Source: Macrostomum lignano
Lineage: Eukaryota
Length of the DNA stretch: 64,000 nucleotides
Direction of reading: 5' to 3'
Assembly (NCBI GenBank): GCA_002269645.1
Contig: NIVC01001887.1
Span: forward strand, 1-64,000
The position numbers and the translations under genes were made by a program. The stretch's first letter is position 1. Every line of letters begins with the position of its first letter. Below are positions 13,162 through 24,031 of this stretch, in pieces. The notes under the pieces are model-generated. The model had not been told where the DNA came from and made no database searches. It saw only the letters and a list, made by a program, of their open reading frames with translations.

Positions 13162-15804
13162 TCACAGAGCCACCACGCAGCGCCGCTGCAAAGAGCCGCT
13201 TGCCCGGCACTTCACCGCAAGGTCGCGTGCCTCGGACAGCGGGTTGGCATAGAAGGAGCCGCCCTCGGCGAAGTCATCGTTCAGTCCGCAGCTCCGCGGC
13301 CGAGCATAACGACGGCCGGCCGCCAGCCGCCTCCGCCTACGACGCCGCTGACTCCGAGGCCGCCCTGGGAGCGGCCGCTCCAGCTGGTGCCGATGCTGGT
13401 GGCAGCGCCGGCAGGCGGCGACGGCTACGGCTCCGGACAGCGTCAGCAGAAGGAGAGCCGCCGCCAAGGCAGCCGACGCCGCCGGGAGGTGGCGGGTCAG
13501 CGCCGCTGAGCAGACCGGCTGCGGCACCTCCGAAGCGGGGCGGCCCCGGAGCTCCGGCGGCCAGGCGCACAGCAATCTGCGCGCGGTGCCATTGATTTCA
13601 GAGGCGCCGGCGGCAGCAGGCGATGGCACAGCGGCCGCCTCCGCCTTCGCGTACATGCCGACCACTTCAACGCGGGTGCTGGAAGCCCAGCGGCGAAGGC
13701 CGCCGCCGCCGCAGTCGCAGCGCAGCGGACAGCCAAGAAGGTCCAGACGCCGCAGTAGCGGGAGGGCGGCCATCGCGCCGGCGTCCACAGTGGCGATGGT
13801 ACAGCCGCGGCAGGTCAGGAGTTCGAGTCCGGGCGCACCAGAGAAGGCGCCGAGATTGAGCCGTACAATTGGGTTTCGGTCGAGCACCAGGTGACGCAAG
13901 CGGGGCGGCAGCGCTGCCTGCGGGCCCGGCGCCGAGCGGATGTTGCAGGCGGCAAGTTCGAGCTCCTCGAGGACGACGAAGGCGCTGAAGAAGCTCCAGG
14001 CGTTGTTTCGCAGGTAGGGATAGATTTCGTGCCGGTTGAGCCGCAGCACCCGGAGCGTCGGGGCCAGGCGGTCCAGAATCCCTTTAAACAGGGCGAGGGT
14101 TCGCGCCTCCATGGGGTTGTCGCTGAGGTCCAGCAGCGTGAGCCGGGCGGCCCGCTGGAAGGCGGCATTGTCCACCGTGCTGATGCCATTGGCGGCCGCG
14201 TGCAGGCGGACCAGACGGGGCGCCGCGTAGTCGGAGAGAATCTGCAGGCGGTTGCCGGACACGTCGAGCTCCTCGAGCGCAGCGGCGGCGAGGTCGATGG
14301 GGTCGATCTGGGGGAAGCCGTTGTGGCTGAGGTTGAGGTGGCGGAGGCGCGGGCAGGGCGCGGCCAGGCGCGGCGGCAGGCGGCGGACGCGGTTGCGGCT
14401 GAGGTCCAAACGGGTGAGGCGGCCGCACAGGCCTAGCACGGCCGGCAGGTTGTCCACGCGCAGGCGGTTGCCGGCCAGGCGCAGATCCGACACGGCGGAG
14501 GCGTTGGCGTCGGCGGCAGAGAGCCGAAAGTCGGTCAGGAAGTTGTCGGACAGGTCGAGCCGTCGCAGGCCTGGCGAGAAGTGGCGGCCGGCAGCCAGCA
14601 GGTCGGGCAGGTCGACAGCCACGGCCGCAAGAGAGTTGCCGGTCAGTCGCAGGCTGCGAAGGCCGCCGGGGAGACGAAGGAGATCGGCGCGGGTGAGACG
14701 TGTCAGCCGGTTGGCCGAGAGGTCAAGTCGGGTCAGGCGGGGCAGCTCGGCGGCCAAGTCCGGCAGGTGGTTCAACCGGTTGTCGGACAGGTCGAGCGAC
14801 TCGAGAGAGCCGGCCAGAGTGGCGAGCGCGCCCGGCTCGATCACGGCCAGGCGGTTGCCGGACAGGTCAAGGCGCCGCAGGTGGAGGCGGCGATTTTGCC
14901 CGGGGCCGGAGAAGTGGAACACAAAAGCGGGCAGACGGGCGAGGCCGAGGCGGCGCAGGCGGAGGCCGTCCAGGCGGCCCTGGCAGAGGCCGTCGCCGGG
15001 ACCGCCGGCCAGCGCGGCCAGCAGCGGCTTGAGGCCACCAGCGCCGGTCGGGGCGGTGAAACCCAAGCCTGGCGTGCCGGAGAGGTCGAGCAGGCGGCCG
15101 GGACAGATCGGGAAGCGAAAACCGGGCGGCACGGCGGCCAGCGGGTTATCGGACAGGTCAAGAAGCAGCCGCTGAGAAGTCGCCAAGGATCCGGCTGGCG
15201 AATCCAAGCCGATGTCGTCCATTTCATTGTCTGACCATCGCTGTCGACGAAGGAGCCTCGGCGGCATCGGCGGGGACTGCAGTGCCTGGATGCGGTTGTT
15301 GGCCAGGCGGACCTCCACCAGGCGCGGCAGGCGGTGCAGCCGGGCGGCCGCCAACTGAGTCAGCCGCTTGCCGGTCAGATCGAGGACCCGAAGATCGGGC
15401 GGCAATCGGGCCGTCGGTGGCAGCTGGCCGAGCTGGTTGAAGGCCAAGCGAAGCTCCCGCAGCCGCGGCAGTCGGGCCAGCAAGCGGCCGTCCAGCCAGT
15501 CGATGCGGTTGCCAGCGGCGGAGAGCCGGCGCAGTCCGGGCGCCGCCTCGGCCAGCTCCGGCGGCAGGTCCGCGAGCCCGTTGAAGTCGAGGTCGAGGCC
15601 AACGGTGTCAAGCGGCAGGTCGGTGCGGCGGGTTGGCGCCGCTGTGAGGCCGCGCCGGCTGCAGTCGACGCTGGCGCCATCGGGCCCCGCTGAAGCCGGC
15701 TCGCAGTGGCAGCGGTGCGGGCAGCGCATCGCCTCGGGCTTGGCGGGTTTGGCCACCAGCTGCTGCGGCAGCACCGTCAGCAGCAGGAGCAACAGCAGAG
15801 ACAT
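13162..15804 (-). CDS. Intronless leucine-rich-repeat type I membrane protein (~880 aa): signal peptide, LRR-NT, many LRRs, LRR-CT, one TM helix, short cytoplasmic tail, no TIR
   Basis: ORF 13162..16437 contains many LxxLxLxxNxL motifs, an LRR-NT (CPHRCHC...VDCSRRGLT), an LRR-CT (PLRCDC...W...CAWP..LRG) and a hydrophobic TM (ALAAALLLLTLSGAVAVAAC). Start placed at ATG 15804 because MSLLLLLLLTVLP resembles a signal peptide; the upstream 211 codons look non-coding. Confidence 0.88.
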   Translation of the reverse strand: MSLLLLLLLTVLPQQLVAKPAKPEAMRCPHRCHCEPASAGPDGASVDCSRRGLTAAPTRRTDLPLDTVGLDLDFNGLADLPPELAEAAPGLRRLSAAGNRIDWLDGRLLARLPRLRELRLAFNQLGQLPPTARLPPDLRVLDLTGKRLTQLAAARLHRLPRLVEVRLANNRIQALQSPPMPPRLLRRQRWSDNEMDDIGLDSPAGSLATSQRLLLDLSDNPLAAVPPGFRFPICPGRLLDLSGTPGLGFTAPTGAGGLKPLLAALAGGPGDGLCQGRLDGLRLRRLGLARLPAFVFHFSGPGQNRRLHLRRLDLSGNRLAVIEPGALATLAGSLESLDLSDNRLNHLPDLAAELPRLTRLDLSANRLTRLTRADLLRLPGGLRSLRLTGNSLAAVAVDLPDLLAAGRHFSPGLRRLDLSDNFLTDFRLSAADANASAVSDLRLAGNRLRVDNLPAVLGLCGRLTRLDLSRNRVRRLPPRLAAPCPRLRHLNLSHNGFPQIDPIDLAAAALEELDVSGNRLQILSDYAAPRLVRLHAAANGISTVDNAAFQRAARLTLLDLSDNPMEARTLALFKGILDRLAPTLRVLRLNRHEIYPYLRNNAWSFFSAFVVLEELELAACNIRSAPGPQAALPPRLRHLVLDRNPIVRLNLGAFSGAPGLELLTCRGCTIATVDAGAMAALPLLRRLDLLGCPLRCDCGGGGLRRWASSTRVEVVGMYAKAEAAAVPSPAAAGASEINGTARRLLCAWPPELRGRPASEVPQPVCSAALTRHLPAASAALAAALLLLTLSGAVAVAACRRCHQHRHQLERPLPGRPRSQRRRRRRRLAAGRRYARPRSCGLNDDFAEGGSFYANPLSEARDLAVKCRASGSLQRRCVVAL

Positions 15805-16589
15805 GCTGAGGAGCGTCGGTCCGGGAGTTCGCGCAGCCCGCCGTGGCAGGTGAGGGGCGGCAGAAGCGGCAGCATGGCGGTGGCCTGCTGCTTTATCGAC
15901 AAGTTCAGCTAAAGCCGCCGCCCCGCCCGCCCCTCCGCCGTGCTCAGCCCGCGTGTTGGCTGAGTGTGAAATGCTGTTAATCCCGGCAGCAAAAGGAGAT
16001 TGCGAGAGGCTGCGAGGAAATTGGCGGGAAGGGCGGTCGGAGACCAGGCAGTCCCAGTGGGCGCGGCCGAACTGATTGGGAAGAGAGGCCTGCGGGAGCC
16101 GGGCTGAGAGCGGGGACTCAACGAGGGGAATCGAGAAAAGCAGATGCGAAGAGCTGCGCTCCCCATACGCAACGCGCCTTCCCCTTCCCGCAATTGGTCC
16201 CACAGTTCCCACCGCCGAAGTTGGGCATGACTCAGTGTGGGATTGCATTTTCCCTGCGAGATTCCCCACTCCACTTGCCTGAGGCGGCAGCTGCTGGGGG
16301 AATTCCCAGCATTGAAGAAGCGAAGAGCAATTGTGTAGAGGAGCAGGTGCGGAACGAAGGCAGTTGAGAAACAATGCAAATAAAAAGCTGGGGGTGTGAA
16401 GTTTCTCTGCTGTAACAGAAAACCGAACCAACTGCAAAGGAGTGAATGCTCATTCGCTGGGAGCTCAACACTAAATTGGGGTCTTGGCTGAGAAATGCAA
16501 AATTCACTGCAGCAGACATGAAACACCTGACATCGGCTTCCACTTAGACTCTCGCTAGGAACTCCTGGAAGCTGCAGAGAAGCCAGGTA

Positions 16590-16826
16590 AGCCAGGAGCT
16601 CCAGGTGAAGCCCCAGGTGTGCTAGCAGGGAACGGAGTTCCAGGTGAAGCCCCAGGTGTGCTAGCAGGGAACAGGAGTTCCAGGTGAAGCCCCAGGTGTG
16701 CTGGCAGAGAACAGGAGTTCCAGGTGTAGCCCCAGGTGTGCTGGCAGAGAACAAGAGTTCCAGGTGAAGCCCCAGGTGTGCTGGCAGAGAACAGGAGTTC
16801 CAGGTGAAGCCCCAGGTGTGCTGGCA
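16590..16826. repeat. Minisatellite, 40-bp unit CCAGGTGAAGCCCCAGGTGTGCTGGCAGAGAACAGGAGTT
   Basis: About 6 tandem copies, immediately after a CAG|GTAAG donor-like site at 16584-16591. Confidence 0.92.
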
Positions 16827-17208
16827 CTATCTACTTTGCAAATGACAACAGACGCGCAAATCAAGATATTTAGGATTCGAAGAGCAGCACAAGTTGAAGC
16901 AAAGCGCTTATTTTCTATTTTTTGTTTAAGTAATAAATTGCATGACAACATACATGTAAAAAAATTGGAGCTAGTCGACACTAAGTGCACTGCAGCAGGC
17001 ATTTTATTATATTACAAAACCTTCCTATGCTAAATAATAGGAAATAAAATTAAGCCTTAATTGCTAAGTTCTGTACACGGCTGAATCGACAGCCCTAACC
17101 TACCTACCTAATTCTTCTCAGCAATCCTGAGCTACTGGCAGCAACTGCCTGCAATATGAGAGCATAAAGGCAGCTCAAGTTGTCCCGGAAGCACGCGGAA
17201 GAACAGCC

Positions 17209-18573
17209 CTACTCGTCCTTGTCTTTGCCGAACTCCTCGACCTCCTCCTCCTCGCCCTCCACGCTGTCCACGCCGACCTCCTCGTAGTCCTTCTGCATGG
17301 AGCTCAGCTCCTCGCGGGCCTCGGCGAACTCGCCCTCCTCCATGCCCTCGCCGACGTACCAGTGCACGAAGGCGCGCTTCGAGTACAGGAGGTCGAACTT
17401 GTAGGCCAGCCGGTCCCAGGCCTCAGCGATGGCGGTGGTGTTGCTCAGCATGCAGACCGCTCGAGGCACCTTCGCGAGGTCGCCTCCGGGCACCGCGACG
17501 GGCGGCTGGTAGTTGAGGCCGACCTTGAAGCCGGTGGGGCACCAGTCCACGAACTGGATCTCGCGCTTGTTCTTGATCTTCTGGATGGAGTCGTTGACCT
17601 CCTGGGAGGAGACATCGCCCCGGTACAGCAGGCAGCAGGACATGTACTTGCCGTGCCGAGGATCGCACTTCACCATCTGGTTGCCAGGCTCGAAGCACGC
17701 GTACGTGATGTCCCTGACCTTCAGCTGCTCGTGGTTGGCCTTCTCTGTCGAGACGATGGGAGCGTAGGTTGCCAGGGGGAAGTGGATCTTGGGGTAGGGC
17801 ACGAGGTTGGTCTGGAACTCGGTGATGTCCACGTTGAGCGAGCCATCGAACCGCAGGGACACCGTGATGGAGGAAACGATCTGCGCGATCAGGCGGTTCA
17901 GGTTGGTGTAGGTGGGCCTCTCGACGTCCAGGTTCCTCCTGCAGATGTCGTAGATGGCCTCGTTGTCCACCATGAAGGCGCAGTCGGTGTGCGGCAGGGT
18001 GCCGTGGGTGCACAGGATGGCGTTGAACGGCTCCACCACAGCCGTGGACACCTGCGGCGCCGGGTAGACGGCGAACTGCAGCTTCGCCCGCTTGCCGTAC
18101 TCGGACGACAGCCGGTCGCACAGCAGCGAGGTGAAGCCGGCGCCCGTGCCGCCACCGAAGGAGTGAAAAACCAGGAAGCCCTGCAGGCCTGCGCAGTTCT
18201 CCGCCAGCCGGTTGACGACCTCCCGAACGGTGCCAATCAGCTCCTTGCCGATGGTGTAGTGGCCTCTGGCGTAGTTGTTGGCGGCGTCCTCCTTGCCGGA
18301 GATCAGCTGCTCCGGGTGGAACAGCTGGCGGTAGGTGCCGCAGCGAACCTCGTCGACCACGGTGGGCTCCAGGTCCACGAAGATGGTGCGCGGCACGTAG
18401 CGGCCGCTGGGGGTCTCGGAGAAGAACGGCCCCTGCGAGTCGTCGCACTTCTCCCTGCCGGGCGTCATGAGGCCGTCGGGCTGGATGCCGTGCTCCAGGC
18501 AGTAGAGCTCCCAGCAGGCGTTGCCGATCTGGATGCCGGCCTGGCCGACGTGGATTGAGATGCACTCGCGCAT
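17209..18573 (-). CDS. TUBA: Alpha-tubulin, divergent, intronless (454 aa)
   Basis: [14 protein letters not shown]-terminus, [21 protein letters not shown] signature, FQTNLVPYP and [16 protein letters not shown] are all alpha-tubulin motifs. Confidence 0.98.
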   Translation of the reverse strand: MRECISIHVGQAGIQIGNACWELYCLEHGIQPDGLMTPGREKCDDSQGPFFSETPSGRYVPRTIFVDLEPTVVDEVRCGTYRQLFHPEQLISGKEDAANNYARGHYTIGKELIGTVREVVNRLAENCAGLQGFLVFHSFGGGTGAGFTSLLCDRLSSEYGKRAKLQFAVYPAPQVSTAVVEPFNAILCTHGTLPHTDCAFMVDNEAIYDICRRNLDVERPTYTNLNRLIAQIVSSITVSLRFDGSLNVDITEFQTNLVPYPKIHFPLATYAPIVSTEKANHEQLKVRDITYACFEPGNQMVKCDPRHGKYMSCCLLYRGDVSSQEVNDSIQKIKNKREIQFVDWCPTGFKVGLNYQPPVAVPGGDLAKVPRAVCMLSNTTAIAEAWDRLAYKFDLLYSKRAFVHWYVGEGMEEGEFAEAREELSSMQKDYEEVGVDSVEGEEEEVEEFGKDKDE

Positions 18574-19629
18574 GGCTGGATGAAGCGGCTTCCTGCGGCG
18601 GGTCAGAGGCTGCTGAGATGCTGCTAGCTGTGGGCTGCGAGCCCGGCTTAGCGCTCTGAGTGTACGGGAGGGCCTCGCTGCTGTCTATGGACTTCTGAGG
18701 AGAGCTGCACTGAGAGGTCACTGCCGCAGCCTGAGATATGCACTTGAGACTTTGTGCATTAATTTAGCCTCAATTAGGGCCACAGATATCGCAATGAAAC
18801 TCCTGGGAAAGGGAGGTGGGCAAATGAATAAGTACCCACTTCGAAAACTACTTCACTTGACTTGAATGGATATAAGTTATTGAGTCCAGTCGCATTCAAG
18901 TGACACTCGAACTCACGAAAATATTAAGAATTTTTTCAAGGCTCCGGCCTTCCTGGCGCAATGCCTTCAGCTAAATCATTCCACAGCCACATTCCACAGT
19001 CAATACAGTACGCAGACACGAACTCGCACACACTAAGAGGGTGTACAGCGGCAAGGACTTTCTAATCACAATGCACGTACACCCTGTGCCTTCGTTGGTT
19101 GGCCCTCATGGCATGAATTGCATGACAACCCCTCCTGGCCAGTTTGAAGTTCTGTTTAACTCAGAAACGCAGAGTTTCAATGGCAAAATTCAAATTTGTA
19201 GCCCAAACTTGACAGAAACCACAGAGGCAAGCAGAGAGCTGGTCGCAGTTGAGGTCTCAGATGCTGTCCATTCCAAATGCCACGAGTGCCACTGCGTGAA
19301 AAATACGAAGCCATGGAGAGGACAGCTGCAGCAAGTGAAAATTTCAACCTTACTTTCAGGAGTGACATTGGATATAGTTTTGCGCTGGAATTTATTTTCT
19401 TGCAATTAAGACAATATGAAAAATCATTATTAAGAAAATCATAAAGTCCAAAACTGTTAATATGTTATGATTGCAAAATCACTTTAATAGAACAGTGAAA
19501 CATATTCGGTTAAGATATGATAATATGTCCGATTACCATAGAAAATTAGTGCAGACCTTAAAGTGCAAGCCACAACAAGTACAATTACTCATATTAATTC
19601 TGTATATGCATGAAGCAATTAGAATGATA

Positions 19630-19775
19630 ACAAGTGCACCCGCACTACTGCAGCCGGGAGTACAAGTACACCCGCACTACTGCAGCCGGGAGTACAAGTA
19701 CACCTGTACTACTGCAGCAGGGAGTACAAGTACACCCGCACTACAGCAGCCGGGAGTACAAGTGCACCCGCACTA
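19630..19775. repeat. Minisatellite, 32-bp unit GTACAAGTACACCCGCACTACTGCAGCCGGGA, just 3' of the WASHC3 stop
   Basis: About 4.5 tandem copies visible. Confidence 0.9.
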
Positions 19776-19800
19776 AAGACACGAACAAGAGCGCGCCCAG

Positions 19801-20430
19801 TCAGTCAGAGTCGGTGAAGTCCGAGTTCGAGTCCGATTCGGCAGGCGCAGGCGCAGGCGCCGGTGGCTTTGCTGCGCCATCGCCGGCGCCCGTGTCCGGC
19901 GCGGGAGCGCTGGGGTCCAAGTCTAGCGCGGCGGGGTCCACGCCGCTGGCTTGCATCTTGGCCTTGATGGCGGGGATCGGCACGCCGACTTTCAGCATTT
20001 TAAAGAAGCCGGCGTACAGCGGGTGGTCGGCGACGCGCGTCTTCGGTGGCTGGGGAGCCTCCGGAGCGGCCTCCGCTGCCGCCTCCGCAGACCCCGAAGC
20101 CGCCACAGCTGGCTCAGCAGCTGCGCCTGCTGCTGTTGCAGACGCTGTCGGGGTGGCAGAAGCAGCCGGTTGCTGAGCAGCTTCCTGCGGCTGCTGCTGC
20201 TGCAGATCCGGCGGCAGGGAGGCCAGTTTGCTCTCCAGGATGCTCAGCGTGGCGTCAAGACGCCGCAGTTCAACGCTGGACTCTTCGAGCTGCTGCTCGC
20301 AGGCGGTGCTGAGCCGGTTGAGGTAGGAGACGGTCTCGCTGACGTACTGAGTGATGAAGGCGTGGACCCGCTTCTGCTGCAGCGGGGCCACCTTCGTGTA
20401 GTCGATGCCCACGGCTGTGAGCTCCGTCAT
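19801..20430 (-). CDS. WASHC3: WASH complex subunit 3 (CCDC53), intronless, 209 aa
   Basis: GIDYTKVAPLQQKRVHAFITQYVSETVSYLNRLSTACEQQL...ILESKLASLP matches the CCDC53 coiled coil. DHPLYAGFFKMLKVGVPIPAIKAKMQASGVDP matches its C-terminal motif, with an acidic Ser/Asp end. Confidence 0.93.
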   Translation of the reverse strand: MTELTAVGIDYTKVAPLQQKRVHAFITQYVSETVSYLNRLSTACEQQLEESSVELRRLDATLSILESKLASLPPDLQQQQPQEAAQQPAASATPTASATAAGAAAEPAVAASGSAEAAAEAAPEAPQPPKTRVADHPLYAGFFKMLKVGVPIPAIKAKMQASGVDPAALDLDPSAPAPDTGAGDGAAKPPAPAPAPAESDSNSDFTDSD

Positions 20431-22306
20431 TGCGCTGAAGCCGGGCTGCAGTCAGGCTGCAAATTGGAAAGGCGGAGCAGTGAAATACAGTAAAACAAAT
20501 TTGAGAAGCAATGAGAGAACTGGGACTGCTTGCATTTGAGTTCAGTAGCTTCTGGAACTATTTCCTACCAATATATTTGTTAACAGCACAACTGCTCAGG
20601 GTAAACAGATGGAGTAACTATGGCTGTATTACATAACTAAAATGCCTCGTCATCTAATTAGAAGCTTGTAGTGAGTTCAAGCGAGCGCTACGCTTATTCT
20701 GTGCTGTTCTGCCGTTTCATGGCGCCATCAGATGCTGAGTGACGCGCTTTTCTAAGAGTTCAAATACTACTCTTAGTAATAAGCTAGGCTCCGAGTAATA
20801 AAGAAAACAACCGAGGCCGCACAAGCGAATTTCGAGTGCACAAAAATACAGAACTTTATCAACGAAATTCTCCAGTCTAATTGGAACTTTGGTATCTTAA
20901 AATGTGACAATCAACAATAAAGTTTCTGCGAAAAAACACTTTATAAATCTGTGTTTGGATGGGGATTTTAGAGTGACCGTAGCAACAGGAGACTTGATTT
21001 ACTGAGGATTTTCATAATTGCTGACTTCCAGACAGGGGATTGTCAGACAACAGTTAAAGTCGGAGAAACATCAGCGGAGATAAAATAAAAGAAATGAATA
21101 CATTTTATTGCGATTTGCTGCAATTACTGCAGACCCCAGCCGGCATGAGTAGTGGGGGGGGGGCTGACAACACAAGTAGGCTAGAAGCCAATAGCGGGAG
21201 AGCAGCGAATGCTGACTGGTTGAAACAATCAAGCAGGGGCACGTGTGCTATTGAACTACTCACAATTCAGTAGTATCTCTCTTACCGCTCGAGCCGCGCC
21301 AGCTAATGTACATTATCGCCCGCTAGCAACTACTTTCTCTACGCACTACTTACTGGCCAGCAAGTAGCAAATAAAGAAAATCAGCACATAAACGGAAGTG
21401 CCCATCAAATTAGTTGCAAAAATCAATAGCAAAGTTGCGCCCTAAAATAGGAACAATAAAAAGCATAATTAAAATATTGAGTACGCGCTAGAGGACTAGA
21501 AGACCAACAACAGCAAATTGATAGCAAAATAAGACCATTTTAGGGAATCCTGAAGCGGAGCTGTCAATGACCCCAGATTAATTCACCAAACTGACGCTTT
21601 CTGAATAGCAGATTGAAAACCAGCCGCTACTAGACTACTCAATAAGTAGCGTGCAACGCTTTTTTAAATCTAAAAATAACGGGAGTGGGTCGAATTGAAA
21701 ATCCAAAATAGCAAATTCACCGCCGGGACAGTTGGGGTTGTCAAAAATTGTAGCGAATAAAAATACTGCCTAGCAACTAGTAGCACTCGACTCGCAGCTG
21801 ACACGAAAGCGCACAGAGAGGCGACTATTGACACAGTGACTGGCAAAGCGAAGGGCAGGCGCAAAAGTACAGCTGGACAAAGACTTCAATAGCTCTATAA
21901 GAAACAACACGCGCGCACATTTCTGCACACCTGCCGCGAACATGCAGTCTGAGAGCGTTTCCAACAGCCAGCAGCTGGGCAGAAATGCACTGAAAAAAGC
22001 GGCAAAAACGGCGACAAAGAAGAACAACAAAGAGCGGCGAGCGTCACGCCAGGCCGAGCGCTGGGCAGAGGCGGCCGCAGCCGCTCAGTAGTGCCGGGTC
22101 ACGCGGGTCAGGGAGAGCCTCTGGAAAGGGGGGCGGTCGGTTGAGTCAGCGGGTGAGCACAGGCCACTGAGAGCTGCTCAGCTCAGCTCACGGCATGCAG
22201 CAAACAAATCAATTCGGAATTGCGAGTCTGGCGCTGCGAAACAGAAATAAATGGCATGCACTGTTGGCGCTGTGCTCTCCTCATCAAAGTCTTGGGTTAG
22301 TGGATT

Positions 22307-22945
22307 CGGAACTGCAAGCACATTCTGAACTGCAAGCACATTCTGAACTGCAAGCACATTCTGAACTGCAAGCACATTCTGAACTGCAAGCACATTCTGA
22401 ACTGCAAGCACATTCTGAACTGCAAGCACATTCTGAACTGCAAGCACATTCTGAACTGCAAGCACATTCGGAACTGCAAGCACATTCTGAAATGCAAGCA
22501 CATTCTGAACTGCAAGCACATTCTGAACTGCAAGCACATTCTGAACTGCAAGCACATTCTGAACTGCAAGCACATTCTGAACTGCAAGCACATTCTGAAC
22601 TGCAAGCACATTCGGAACTGCAAGCACATTCTGAACTGCAAGCACATTCTGAACTGCAAGCACATTCTGAACTGCAAGCACATTCGGAACTGCAAGCACA
22701 TTCTGAAATGCAAGCACATTCTGAACTGCAAGCACATTCTGAACTGCAAGCACATTCTGAACTGCAAGCACATTCTGAACTGCAAGCACATTCTGAACTG
22801 CAAGCACATTCTGAACTGCAAGCACATTCTGAACTGCAAGCACATTCTGAACTGCAAGCACATTCTGAACTGCAAGCACATTCGGAACTGCAAGCACATT
22901 CTGAACTGCAAGCACATTCTGAACTGCAAGCACATTCTGAACTTC
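22307..22945. repeat. Minisatellite, 18-bp unit GAACTGCAAGCACATTCT
   Basis: Highly homogeneous tandem copies. Confidence 0.96.
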
Positions 22946-23554
22946 AAGTTGTATTCTACCCGAAATTTACAATGCATTCAATAAATCAGATAATGTTTCT
23001 GTCAACAGAATAATTTAAGATATCCGGAAGAAACATAAACATAAACGGCCCATTAGACAAATTAATGCATGCAAAACCACAGCGTGCTACTGTCAGTAGT
23101 TCGAGCAATCAGTCCGAAATAGCGCGGCACTGTTAGACCTCCCAGTGAATGGCAGCAGCTGACTAACCTCAACCATTCCGGCTGAAAACGAGGGCGAAGA
23201 GTCGGAGTGGAAAAATGCAATGAAATTCGCATTCGGGAGTCATATCGATTGCTGCGGCTTCCAAGGTGCAAGTTACTAAGCAGCGGTGCGTGGCTAACTA
23301 TGGACTGGCGCGCATAAACACGATAAGCATTGGAACTGGCTGAGGTGGACAGAGGCGTGCCCTGAGACAAAAGAGAGAATCACAATAATTCTACACCGAA
23401 GCAATGGCGACTTTTATTAGAAACTTTGCTGCAACAAAGCAATATCCAACTGCTGTAGGGTTGCCTTGCTTAAACAGAAAATTTTACTGTTGATCTGCGA
23501 CAACAGCGCGACTTTTGTGCTACAAACTCTATCTGCAATATGCCACCCGAGGTG

Positions 23555-23890
23555 GCTCTCCGCTGCCCCCACTGACTGCTCCTTCAGGCTCTCCGCTGTC
23601 CCCACTGACTGCTCCTTCAGGCTCTCCGCTGCCCCACTGACTGCGCCTTCAGGCTCTCCGCTGCCCCACTGACTGCGCCTTCAGGCTCTCCGCTGCCCTA
23701 CTGACTGCGCCTTCAGGCTCTCCGCTGCCCCACTGACTGCTCCTTCAGGCTCTCCGCTGCCCCACTGACTGCTCCTTCAGGCTCTCCGCTGTCCCACTGA
23801 CTGCTCCTTCAGGCTCTCCGCTGCCCCACTGACTGCTCCTTCAGGCTCTCCGCTGTCCCACTGACTGCTCCTTCAGGCTCTCCGCTGCCC
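23555..23890. repeat. Minisatellite, 32-bp unit CTCCGCTGCCCCACTGACTGCTCCTTCAGGCT
   Basis: Tandem copies visible. Confidence 0.94.
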
Positions 23891-24031
23891 TTTAAGACAC
23901 CCAGCAGCAAATACATTTGAACCGAACAAAAACCCAGACGACATGCACACAACAGGAATATAATTAGACAGCCACGTCAAGGCCATCATATCCTGGAGCT
24001 GGCAGCCTTAATCTTAGCTGGGGGCCTACCT

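Noticed and set aside
13200-15853. Plus-strand ORFs antisense to the LRR gene; also 17362..18558 antisense to tubulin
   Set aside because: Shadow ORFs caused by high third-position GC in the real genes.
15805-16437. N-terminal 211 codons of the 1091-aa LRR ORF
   Set aside because: They start at a non-ATG codon, look non-coding, and precede a good signal-peptide ATG at 15804.
22178-23013. VLAVQN / ELQAHS / MCLQFR repeat proteins
   Set aside because: Readings of an 18-bp minisatellite that is open in several frames on both strands; no splice or start context.
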